Source: Tubiluchus corallicola | Taxonomy: Eukaryota; Animalia; Priapulida | Assembly: GCA_030141605.1 (NCBI GenBank) | Contig: JAQGDQ010000056.1 | Coordinates: 186,001 to 250,000, forward strand | Length of the DNA: 64,000 bases | Direction: 5' to 3' | Part shown: positions 1 to 13,468 of the stretch, piece after piece | How positions within the stretch are numbered: the first letter of the stretch is position 1 | How the letters are laid out: the number at the start of each line of letters is the position of its first letter | Program-made: the position numbers and the translations under genes | The notes under the pieces: generated by a model | What the model was told of the DNA's origin: nothing | Databases searched by the model: none | Seen by the model: the letters and a program-made list of their open reading frames with translations, nothing else

Positions 1-1161
1 CCAGCAATTTAAAAACTAGTCACCAGCTCGTGTAAGAGAATTGCTAATCTCACTTGTATTTTTGTATGTACATAATACCAATGTGCCTAGTTTTGAGCTT
101 GATTGTTTTGCTGTAAACAAAAAACAAACTGTCAAAATAGTATGTCAAATAATATCTTGTTTTGAATTGAAGTAATCAGTGAAATCTTTTTTTGTGTGTA
201 TGTCACACCAATACAGTATTTATTGTGAAAAAATAATAAAGTTTTGAAATTTGAAACCAGGAAGACAGCTTTTAACTAAACGTATTGTCCTTATAAGATA
301 TTTAGGTGTAGTTAGATATTTGTATTTAATCATTGGGGCTTTACGTGATTTAATTAGATGCTCAGTTCCTTTTAATCATCAGGATCTGAGCTAAAATTCA
401 TCGGCGTTTTTCTTGTTTTTGGACAGCATTTCATTAAAGAATGTAATCACTTCATAAAATCGTACTTTCAGAAATAAATATACATACAAATCAGTCAAAT
501 ATTTATTGTTGAGTAATTTCACAACATGACACATCATTAACGTCAATACGATTTATGGCAGAATAAGTGAACAGAAATGATGATTTGGCTATGGCCACAT
601 TAGTACATAAGTTAATTCAAGTCCTTTACTACGGTAGCTACTCGAAGAACAACTGAATGAAAATAATAGTCAACATATATCTGTGAAACAAGAAGCAATG
701 TTAGAAACAGCACTACTGTACTAGGTGCCAAACAATGGCTTTATAATGTCCAATCGATCTCGAAATGTGAATTTTGCCAAACAGCATAGAAAATAAAACT
801 TGAGCTTTAGTGATGACGGTTTTTTATTTATGGTTGATCACTTGGTGGTAAATCATCTCAAGTCTGTAGAAGTCTATGAGATGCACAGCTTAGTTCGCCT
901 TCAGAAACTCTTACACAGTTATGATGATCTGTGAGCTTAACACAAGAAAACTAAAAAAAATTTATAGCTACATACTAATAAGCAAAACCAGAGATATCAT
1001 TTACAACCAAAACAGAGCAAATGCTAGGTACTCAAAGTAATGCCAAAGTTTAGTGTTGCTTGCATTCAAGTTGTCATTGTGCTCATCGATCTGCTTGATC
1101 CTTATGCGCAATTACAGAATTTAACAAACAAGTACTGCCCTGCCACTAAACTTAAGTCAAG

Positions 1162-1302
1162 CTAGATATACTTTGTCTTCTGCAAGGCCATCATTACATG
1201 TGAATCGTCTAGCATACGCTTCCAATCTGTCTGGCCAACAACGAAGCCAATGTCACGAGCTCGTTGTGTTGCTTTCCTTTCCTCTATGTCTGCCCAGCGA
1301 AC
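1162..1302 (-). CDS. YLPM1: YLPM1 last coding exon
   Basis: cag|GTTCGC; translates VRWADIEERKATQRARDIGFVVGQTDWKRMLDDSHVMMALQKTKYI*, matching the conserved YLPM1 C-terminus; not in the ORF track. Confidence 0.95.
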   Translation of the reverse strand, partial: VRWADIEERKATQRARDIGFVVGQTDWKRMLDDSHVMMALQKTKYI

Positions 1303-4300
1303 CTGTCACAAAGGAATAATAAATTGACAATACAAAGTTCTATTGCCAGTCACTTAAAGAAAAAGAAGTAAAAATAATCCAACTGCTGAGCTATTTGAAG
1401 CCTAGCTGAAACAAAATGAGTGCAAATGAGAACGGCAATTAAATTTTTAAAACAAAAGTGGGTAGTTTTAAATTGTACACATTTGCTACTCAACAGCAAT
1501 CTCAAATAACCTTTAGTGATGTAACCATTACAATAAAAATGTATAGAAAATTAGAAATTATGAAACATACAGAAAGAATTGTATATCAAAACCATTCAGA
1601 GCCAGACTGCTCTTATATGATTTGTGTTCATGAAATTACTTTCATTCCCATGAAAAATTTTTGTGGTCAACAATTTTTTGCGTGTAGAATGACAATGATT
1701 TCTTCAAAATAAATTATTTCTTTAAAAACGTTTTCTGGCTAAAGAACAAGTTTTTATGAATGCATAAATACAATTACTGAGGGGTCAGTTTTTGTAAAAA
1801 TGTGCACATTGTACAGTAGATATAGACATAACTGACATACAATTACACACTCATTCAGTATAGGGATGTTAAATGATACAAATTTGACGATCACATTAAC
1901 GATAACAATAAACTATTTTTAGACGATACGACAAATAATTTTGAATGATAAAAAAGGATACTGAAGTTTGACAATTTATGGAACAACAGACAAAGTGTTA
2001 TTTATAATTAAAATTATTAAGTGCTTTAGTGCGTTTAGTGCTGCATACTTAAATGGCTGCTAGTTATGAAAAGCAAGTTTGCTTGTCACAATGATTCATA
2101 AATACGTAAGCTATAAGTAAGACAGATAAACATATTACTATTACTATAATAAATATATTTATCTCAGCGAGCTCCACATGACTGGGAAAGTGACACTAAA
2201 AATACGGTACAGTGTATTTGGCATCCGCACATCAGTATCAAAGTGCATAAAAAGTGCATAAAGTATAGCTTTGAGAATATGATTCAGAATGAAGATAACT
2301 GTTACTGTCAGGCAAAAGTGCAAGAAAATGATTTGGTATCTGCAAGCTTATAATTTAAAATAATTCTTTTTATCTACCTCATTGCATAATTACTGACATA
2401 ATAATGACAATAATGTTTAAAAATTAAAACCATGGGTAATTTCCAACAATAGCATACATAACATGTTTAACATGGACGGCAAATAAAAAACTTATACGAA
2501 CTCTCTTCTTTCCGGGTTGAGATTGCCTCTGTTCATAATCATCAGGAAGCTGTAGGAATTCTTCTAGAGTCGGCTTTTGGTGCTTATGTGCCATGATTAA
2601 ACCATCTAGCCGATCTGCAAAAGCAGTTAAATGGCAAACAGTTAAAAATCATGTTCTCCAGCTACAGACAGCTCTTGGTTAACAACTGATTCAAATCCTG
2701 GATTACATAAAATGCTCATGATCAGAATGTGATAAATTGTGTTTCCCAGTTTCCCATATTTGACGTGAACTAACTACTGCTTTAGAAGTTATTGGTTTAA
2801 ATTGGCCAGAAAATGAACGCACATCACTTGCCATGCAATCAACACATTTTTGGTTATATGAAAAAGGATGATATGTAAATACTAATTACAGTGTTACATG
2901 ACACTTATTTGAATTTGGTAAATGAATCTTACTGAGGAATTTGGAATTTTAATGTTGTAAGATTTCATCAAGTGATGAAGCCTACTGCAAAAACTTTTTA
3001 AACAAGAGGCAAGCAAAAATTTTATGCAAACAAAATTGGCTGTTGTTTTCAATCTCACTGGCTTTACTGAACATGTCATGTAAATTGACAACTGCTCATG
3101 CACATGCTATTTAATATGAAACATTCATTAATTTATAGTTTATTGAAGTCACACAAAATACTTTTCATTTAATTTAAATATGCTATATATACAGTAGGTG
3201 ATATCTGATAGCATGTTGTAGAAGCACTTGACATCCTCTACGAAGTCACACATTATACATTATTTATACACTTTGATTATTAATACATGCTTGTCCACCT
3301 AATAGTGATATACATATTATTACCCGTGTACGCTTACAGAGTACCTTGTTATAGAGTACTTTTTTCTGGCCGAGCAGGTTCGCTACAATGATATTATACC
3401 GTATAAAAGCACGATGTCAATAATGACGATTATTGTGATATACTTGTACTTATCACATTTTCATTATCATGTTATACCAATGGAAAAGCACAAATATCCA
3501 TTCACACAATTAATAATAAAACTACGTTTACCAATCCATTTTAGAACTGTACAACAGTATATTAAAATGGCTGTACACGAACTTGCACTTATAATCATAA
3601 AGCCTTAGATCTGACGAACATTTTAATACACTTCTTACAGGTGTGATATATAAAAAGCTTATAGATTCACATTTGTAAAATGATGTTCAACAAAAGTGAA
3701 TAAACAAGTGTGTAGAAAAGACATCAAATACGGTAAACATCATTCTTATAATACATTTTTATTAGTAAATATTTTGAACAAGGCAACACAGAATTTTTTA
3801 AATGATGTGAAAAAAGTATGACAAACAAAACACAGAACTCAGATTTCATTCTAATAAAATTTATTGTTAGGCGAATACAAAAAACTGTCTCTTTTAAAAA
3901 ATAACAATGTAAACTAATAGTTACAATAGTAAAATATGTTGTTAGGTGAATACAAAAAACTGTCTTTTAAAAAATAACTATGTCAAATAACAGTTACAAC
4001 TGCAATTGTAAAACAATATCCTATTATAACTATTAACGAAAATTAGTCCTTAACCAATTCAAACGCCTTGTTCACTCAGATCTCTTCTTTTGCTGTGCTT
4101 TATTTACTAAAATAAAAACGGATGACAGAATCAATAACCAATCTTTTTTGCATAAGTAATTATTAATTATTCATCTATTTTAATTGAGATTAATAACAGT
4201 GCATAGCGTGAAATGACCAGGTGAACTGTTACAGGACACTAGAAATTTATATAAATGTCATTTAATTATGCATGCAATAACTGAATGACAAATTTTAAAT

Positions 4301-7300
4301 AACATATCGCAATATTTATAAAAAATAAGAATGCTACTTACCACACGCTATCTGTCGCAAAAAAACAGCATGATTTTGAAAGCTGATTAAATTTAAATTT
4401 CATTCCAGGCGATTAAAATTGCTGTATGTTGAATAAGACCAGCACACTACACAAATGTCAAATCAACACACAAACAGTTTAGCAAACGAACCAATGTGTG
4501 ATTTAACAAGATCAAGCCATGTCATGATACTAACACAAACTGTCACTGCTGCAAAAAAACCATGATTGCAGATTACACTTGTCCTTTTGAAGAAATACAG
4601 TAACTGAATCAGTTAGTGACCATTACCTAAAAAGCTAAAAAATAGTTCAAATTAAAAAAATGCTGATTTAAAAACAAGTAGATGAGCAGCAGTCTTCATA
4701 AACATTTACACTTTTAGAAAAAACTTATAGCAAGCATGTACACCACATTTAGAGTCCTACTCATGTCTCAACACTCACTCGTAGTAGTAATTAAAAAGTT
4801 TTGCACTCAATATTCATTCATTTTCATTTATTTTTTCTTCAGTTCATCATGTAAATGCAATTATAAGTGATAAAATATCTAAGTTGAATTAGATAATTAT
4901 GGCGGCCAAATAATTTATAATTTCTTATAGAACAGCGTATGAAGGACTCTATTCATCGAATGCAACCTTCGCACTTCTATCCATTTTTGTTTTGTAACTA
5001 CGTCTTTTACGTAATTATATGAAATAATGTAAAATCTAATCTAGTTTCTTTAAATTATCCTTAATAATAAATTTTAATTAAAAATTGTTTTAATTTTGTG
5101 TAGGAATTTCAGGATAATGTGTAGGCAGTGCAAGACCATCATGCAGTTGCAATATAAAACTGCAGCTGCAACTGCACGAATGTATTATAATAGCCTATAT
5201 TAACTATAACTACTTTTTTCTATAAATTTAGCAGCTCAGTAATAAGAAGCAATAATTTTAGAAGTAAGCACATTTAACACCAGTGGGATATTTAGGCAAC
5301 AAAGATTTTAGCTTTAATACATAGATCACGTATATTAAACTTAATCATATACATTTTACATTACATTAAAAATATATTTAATATGTTAATGATAATCAAA
5401 AATTGACTGTTACATAGCATAAGTTGCAAACTTGAAACTTAGCTAAGAATGAACTTGCAAGTGATTTCAAGGCTAAATATCAATTTTTGTGTGTCTTGTT
5501 CAAGAAATAAATGACAGTTATTTAGATAAATCCTGTATGCAAAAATTAGTACTCACGCTACAAAATTCACAAATGAAATAGATAAATCTGTAGTTCACTT
5601 TAGTCATCCATGGCTAAAAACTTGTCGTGTGCATTTAGCTGCTTCTATAACTCGAATAAATACATCAAACAACAAAATCTGGTAATAAAAACATTTATTC
5701 ACATATTGTAATAATGACACATGCAATATTTTGCAATGACCAGAACAATAATTAGCTTATTTATTGATAAATTATCTAGCTATAATTAATATGCGAAATC
5801 TGTGGATTACGTATATATACATTTGGGAGTTATTTTTTACAGATTTTCTCAATCTGTTAGCCAGCATTTCGAACAACTGAATTATGATGTACATTCCATC
5901 AGATGAGTTGTCTTGGTTTCCCATTCGCTAAGGGTTTATTTAATGAATTCATGTTACCAGAAAGGAAAACAGGAAACAATAACAGCTGTTTTTAGGCATT
6001 TTTGCCAAAATTCTAAAATTGTGATGTAAAGAATTGTGATCAGTTAAGTGGCACGCTAATTATAGTTTTAAAGTTTGTTCTGCAAAGTCTTTCATAGGCG
6101 CAGTACTTTGCACAGGGTTAGCCTTTCAACAGGGACCCAAGCGAAAATTCGCATAAATAGCACCAAAAATATCTAATTTTGGGACTATTTGGGAAAAAAA
6201 TAAAGAAATTGCCAGTATGAGAAAAAAATTTAACTATAAACAAAATAGAAAAGGTGCAGCGTCATGGTCCAATTTTATAATTTTTCACTAAGAAAATCAG
6301 AGTGCTTATAATAGGGACCTATCCTCTAGAAGTTCAGACAATCATTTGAATTTAAGGGTGAATCTAGTGGTTACTTCGAGACATGTTACAGTGACAGACT
6401 TCGAAATAATTACAACTTTACGTAAAATGTTTTCACGTGACCTTGGTAATATGTAGCACAATTTACTAAAATTCATAGCAAACAGCAGAATTTGACCTGT
6501 TAGAAATTTAATAAAAATATTATTAAAATACTACATCTGTCAGACATTTTACAAACACTTTATATCACACAACACCTATTATTCACGATTCTTCTCTGGG
6601 AGTTATTCCTGCTCAATAATGATTTAATGGGTGGGTCATGTCCAATAACACAATGTTCCAATATACATGTGATCTACTACCAGCTGCTTTTCGATGTAGC
6701 CTTAATACTTTACTTGGTAAGCAATGAAAAGTTTACACTCTTCTTCACATCAGCTTGTCTGAGATTTGCTTTGCATCACAGATTACCATCAAAAGTGTCA
6801 ACTTTGCTATGGTAAAATGAAATATATGGTAGCCAATGATCAAGCTAAGCTTAAGAGCTGTAAGTCAGCCTCAGTCTTTCGGGAGAAAAACACAATGGTT
6901 TTCACTTTTCTTGTTATTCAGGCAAAGATTTGGTTAAAAACTAGAGTTTGACTTACAGATTAATAAAATACTAAAACAGTTGAAGACAAAATAGCCAATG
7001 ATGCTACTGATGATACAGCAGTGATGCAAAGCTCAAACATACCACACACGAAAGACTCGCCTTTGAGATCAAATACTATGTGTCCACAAAATAATAGTTT
7101 CTCAATACTTGCTCTATGTTGCAATTACTGTTTGGTGTAATATACTAAACCAAAGTTAGCAACATGCTAACAATGCTCAACATGGTTTCCCTGTTAAATT
7201 ACCACACTATACCACACCATAGTAAATCCCCAACTATAGTACCTAAGAAAATGTATAATGAATGGTTCTTCCTATTTCTACTAGAAATGCACTTGCCCTG

Positions 7301-10300
7301 CTCAGTACTATATTTATTTTCTAATACTATTGTATGTCTACAGACTTCCTCTTCTCTTTTTAAAAACTTTGTGGCTAAGCAATCGAGGTCTGTGTAGCAA
7401 TGTAATTCAGTTTTTAGTTTTACCATTTCGTCATCAGCTAATTTAGTAACTTTAACACTACCAAAGAAAGACTTAAGTAATTATACAATGATTTTATAGG
7501 AAAATACAAATACTCTCATAAAACTACGTGGACTTATTCAATGCTATGCTTACCCAACTTTGTTTCATCCATCTTTTCCCATCGTGATTTTGGTGTAAAT
7601 CCCTGGTAATAAACAAAAAAATTGTGCATAACATGCCATATGTTAAATTCATTAGAAAAATATACCAAAAAATTGAATTGGAATACCCTTTTAATTATTT
7701 TTGTCATTTTATTGTACAGTGTTGTCCTTTATGCTGGCAGAGCTATCTGTAAAAAGGAATTACATCATGTAGTATGGTTTCTTCTCTTTTCAAACTGCTA
7801 TAAATTTCTCTCCAAGACCCCCACCAAGTGCAGCTAGGAAATTTTTTATACGGTGTGCCTCTATGAGACGGCATGTGAAAAACTTTCAAATAAGGCTGTC
7901 TTTTCTTCACAGCGGAAATCCTGTGTGTGGTAAAAACTTTCAAATAAGGCTGTCTTTTGTTCACAGCCGAAATCCTGTGTGGTAAAATATCCTAGTGGCA
8001 CTTGATGGGGGGAGGGATATTTATAGCTCGCTCTTTGGAAAGAGGAGAAACTAGGCTACACGGTCACTTATAAATGAATCTAGCAGAATGAAGGGTTATG
8101 GGCTAATATGGGATAAACGTTTTTTCTGCATACTATATTTTGAGCCATTTGATATTCATTACAGCACTATTGTACTTTACCATTGTATTATACGATACCA
8201 TATCTCTATCAGGATAAAAGAGGATATGGGTCGATAACTGTGGGGTACTTAACAAGGATATTAAATTCTGATTTATTTGACTGACATTCATTGTCACATT
8301 TGGGTGAACATTCCTCACTTAAGTAAACAAATCTACATTTAAATGACCAATGTCTTCATATCAGTGAACTACATCTACACTTGAATGAATAATGTCTACG
8401 CTTAAATGCACCATGTTACATTTTAATAAACTATATCCCATATGAATGAACAATTTCTACATTTGACTGCAAAAACTATAATACGGTCTTATGATAGTCG
8501 ATAATATTTTCAAAAGTTCTTAAATATTTTTGCAATAATTAGATATGTGCTGGTTTACTGATTATTCCTAATTCAAGCTGCTACCATTATTTCACTCAAC
8601 AGACAGCTTGTTTTGCTATTTACAAGCAATACGTAACAGGTAAAATTGGAAATTCCATGTCCTTCAGTACTAAAGGTAAACATCATCTATGCATTTGTCA
8701 TCTACACAGCAATTAATAAGTCTGAATGCACTTGTTGTTTAAAGCAGCTTAGATTGCAAAAGCACTCTGAATTACTACTAATATCAATACTTTTAATAAA
8801 AATGAAACACTCACCAGTCACCACTCATGAGAAATAATTGTAATTCACCATTTATATACTTACGTCCAGCACTAAGCAAATTAAAAATTATTTTTCATAA
8901 TTATCACCAAAAATTGTACAACACGGCTCCAAAGATTAGAGTCAAATTTCGGCAGAAATCATTCTGACCCGAAGAAACAAGGCATATTGTACTAGGTGAT
9001 GCGAACACAATTTTCCTGTTGCACAAGAATGCAAATCGCTGAACACATTTTGCTCGCTTCAAGGCACTTTAACATAAAACGAAATGACTTTAAAGTATTT
9101 TGTAACTGCACAGCATTGCAATTGTTGACCATCCTATCACACACCCAACATTTATACACTTAAACTGCATTAATTCTGACCTAAATTCAAGTATCTATAA
9201 TTAAAACTTTAGTAAAAATGTTTATTTGGTTTTTAAATAACTGCCAGAGTTTTTGTCTTCAACGTCAACAAGGCTAATTGCACTGGTTTTTAGTAGAGAT
9301 GTTGTCCAAAGTATTTACTACAGAGGAAAATAATCAGGAGTAGCACGTCTTTGAAAATCCATTCTCCTGGTGAGGCGCATTGCGAAAAGTCTCCTAAAAA
9401 TTCATTTCCTAGAACTTACGTTAACTTACAGTCAGTTACTTTAGTTAGAACATATATTGGGCATTTCAAAACTCTTGCATTATTTTTAAAAACTTATAAA
9501 AAATCAACAATATCACAACAAGAACCAAATGACAATTTGGTTGCAAAGTTTATAATTCATGAGAAATAATTTCTAATTATAATAATAAATTATAACTCAT
9601 AATTTATAATTCATTCTTTGTAATTTTCACACATATATCCAAGCAGTATGTCAACTGTTTTGCTGTGTTTTACATATTTTTGTGTACGATACATCCTTTT
9701 TACCAAAATTTGCTCACATGCTGTGCTATTTTACTATCTTTTATTAAGAATCGTAATGCAATTTGAACAGTTTAATGATAAATACACTAGAAATAAATTT
9801 AGTACTTGACTTAGCATAATATAGATAAATAGTAATCAGAAGGTTGCTAAGAATTAATTAAGGAAACTTAATTAAATTTAAAAACAAAAAGTACTAAAAC
9901 AATTTCAGTTTATTTACACAATAGCCAAAATATTGGCAAACTGCCAGAATCATTATAATTATTACACTATTGACTAACTCAAAGTTTAATTTGGTCAGTA
10001 GAAACAAATACTTCATCAATAGACTTCAGTGATGCAATTGAATACCTAGCTCAACTTTGTGTAACCAGTGTAACTGGGCTTAAAAAATTTAAACGTAACC
10101 GAGAAGCCTTTTTTCAGTAGTGGCCAAGAACTAAAAGTAAAAACCAAATATTTAATGTCAAAATATATTGAGAAAGAAGGCGTTTGAGCATAGGGCCCAA
10201 GTGAATACAATACCCATAAGCAAATACGAAAATCAAAAAATCTCTGACATTATACAATGTTCTAAGACGAACTGTGCAGTAGAAATATGCTGATCAAATC

Positions 10301-13300
10301 ACAAAAGAAATGCGGTTAGAATGTTAAGTCAGATGCTTAGTGAGAGGCCATACTACAACAACTGCAGAACTTGGTATGACTTGGTATAATTGGTATATTC
10401 ACACTTACTGGAATTTGTTCAGTGTAACATTGGTATTATTACAGCATTTGTTAGTGCACTGTTTCTTTTGGAATGCCCTGTATTATGTGCTCTCTACAGG
10501 CTTTACAAAGCCCAGCACAGCAGCATAACTTTACTTCTCTGAAATAGTCCACTGGGCTCATATCATTCGAAGATTCAAAAGTAAATTATAAATTACTGCA
10601 GCCTGTGGATTCACTAGAATTTTGCTAAAACCAGACGTAAACTCATCACATCTTGCCTTCATGACTCTATGCTAGCAAAAGAATCTGGTAAGGATATAAT
10701 TTAGCATATATAATCTTGAATATGATATATTACTTTCGCATGCTTGGCTGGTTTGGTGGCTCTTCTTCATAGTTAAGGGGCCCTCTAAGGTATACCCCTC
10801 CCTGTAACTACAGGGCCTGCTGGGATAGGTAAGAATTTCAATTCAGTTCACATCTGTACCTCTATTAAGTTTCCAGAATATAACTTATTTAATAACGTAT
10901 TATCAAATTAAAATTCGAAAAACAACACACCTCAAATTACCAAATATACGTCAAATTACTCCATGTCCTGTAAGGAAGGTCCTAATTTACATAATAACAT
11001 TTACACCTAATCCATGTATTAGTAATCTGCGATAAATTTTGACTATGCACATGAGATTGGTATTTAAAATTTGATTTAAAGCATATTAGCATGTAGAATT
11101 ATGTTTTAGCAATAAACATATTGTAAGTTGGATTTGTTAACAGTACGAAATTATTTTACTAACAAAAACTCGCATTTACGTTAAAAAATTTTATATAAGA
11201 TTTTTCAAGACATTTCCCTATTTGTATGGCATCCTTAAAAACTATAAGCCAATATATCACCAGCAGTATTTCGAAAACAATAAATGAAGTAGTTACATTT
11301 TTAATTTAGATAATTTGAATTTTTGAAATGTTGTATCACTGTGGCATCACACTGTGCCCACTTTATTAAATGCAAAGTGACTAAAGTCACATCATTTGCA
11401 TGTTGGACTGATTTTATTGCTATCACTGCGACTTTGAAAAATATAACAAAAAAATGTAAAAAAAGTTTTTAAAGTATGAGGGTAGTTAGTTGTACAAAAA
11501 ATTTTTATACACAGTGACAGTCGGCATTACCTTGAAATTTATTAAGTAGCTGGCGAAACTTGACTGGTAAGAATTTAACACCTAGTTTGTTGCTCATTAT
11601 AAAACGATAATTTCTTTTTAAGTTATAAACTATAAATCTAACAGCTTAGTAAGTTTAACATGACTGCTATTCATCTTCATCATTACGGATATTATTCTTA
11701 AAAATTATCCGACATTTTAATAGTGAATTAAAGTTACAATTATCAAAGTAAATTTTTGTTACGCATCTTGCCCGTAAAAGATTCTGAAGATGTAGCGATA
11801 TCTAACTGCTATTACAGAAAATTAACAAATAAAAGAAATTATTCAAGCAAATGAAGATGACTTTGTTATTATTTTTGGAAAATTTGGCTAATACTGTACA
11901 ACCAAACTAGTACACACAAAATATTTTCCAGAGTAGATAAACCTAATAAGCTTTTCAAATGAGCTCTTTACTCGATATTAACACTTTACGCATTTTTTGT
12001 AAGAAATAGACAATATAACCAACAGTTCCACACACATTAAATTCAACACAAGAACAGTTCTGCAGCATGAAAAGCAAACAAAACTAGGACAAAACAAGAA
12101 AAACATATACTAAACAGAAATTACAGCTCAGATTTAAATGAAATTACTGTAAATTTTGAAAATTCATCCAGCTTACCACCAGGATTTCCAATATTTAGTT
12201 TTAGCAGTGATTCAGTTCCATTTATGTAATTGTAATACAAACAAGTTTAAAGGCTAACTAACCAGTGATGAAAACATTTCACAGAATATAATTATTAATA
12301 TTAATTAATAATATAATAACGACAACAATCCTGAGGACTTAATGGTTACTGGCTTTATCACTCCATTACTGCCAATCAAAGTACCAAATTGTACTTCATC
12401 AATTTTGCAACACTCAGAAAAAATATGGTGCATAACTGTGTGTTACGATACTAATGTTTCTTGTCAGTGTTTGACTCTTCCACTTTCAAATAAACAAATA
12501 ACTATAAATTTGCTTAGATAAACAGTACCAGTGATACCTATAGTAGCTTGAATACGCGTATCACATACACTAACAACACCAAGAAAGTATCGCTTTGCTG
12601 CTTTCATTTTTAACACAATCGCATAGTCAGCACATGCACTTTTATTTTTACGAGGTATGCGCTCCTTCCACTTTCATTTCAGTTTCCAAACTCAAAAAGA
12701 AAAAAATCCAGACATTTTCATATATTCACATATGAAACCTATATATACCTTTAACTTGTGGTATGTAGAAATTAAATTACAGTAAAATTTTTTAAAAGTA
12801 ATCATACAGTTGTGTCACTGGACAAAGGAGACACCTCAAGGAAGTCCACTCTTTAGAATACCGAAATACCGCGACAATTATAAATCTCAAAAAAAACTCT
12901 ACAGTTTACATTTACAATTGCAAAATTATTGCAATAGAGAAAATATTTAAATTTTAGTAATTATTTAGGTTGCTGTTGAGGTTGTGATACCTGCCAATGA
13001 AATCTCAATGACAATGAAGTTATTTGCTTACATAAATATTTGTGCACTGATGGCACAGTACTTCATGCTAAATTGTTAATTTCTTATTAAAAATAAAAAT
13101 CTTAAGTAAATAAATATCCATTGTTAATATCTACTGAGTTACTAACACTTGAATTAATGATATAATGTCACCTAACTTAATGTCAACAAACCGTTGTCTG
13201 TATATCAATATACTAATATAGACTATGAAAGTTAAAATTAATTAGTATTAAATAGTCTTTTCACCATATTTTCTTAAGATAGATATCAATGAGCCACTTG

Positions 13301-13435
13301 CACATTAAAGCGATTAGCTGCGATTTGCCAGTAAAAGCCATTTTAGAAATTTAAAAAAAATTAAGAAAAAGTTAGGATTACTGCTACTCTCAGCGTCGCA
13401 ACAAATCTTAAAACAATTTTACAAACATCACACAC

Positions 13436-13468
<33 letters not shown>

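Noticed and set aside
1-510. AATAAA signals on both strands suggesting convergent 3' UTRs
   Set aside because: Such hexamers are frequent in AT-rich DNA and no coding exon of a convergent gene is visible, so they cannot be supported as features.
8280-8468. Possible CRISPR-like repeat array
   Set aside because: Units are contiguous and degenerate without unique spacers; eukaryotic intron; no cas genes.
10330-10690. GC-richer intronic patch with a plus-strand GTAAGG donor, possible nested gene
   Set aside because: The frames I translated on both strands contain several stops and no recognisable motif; probably an old repeat.
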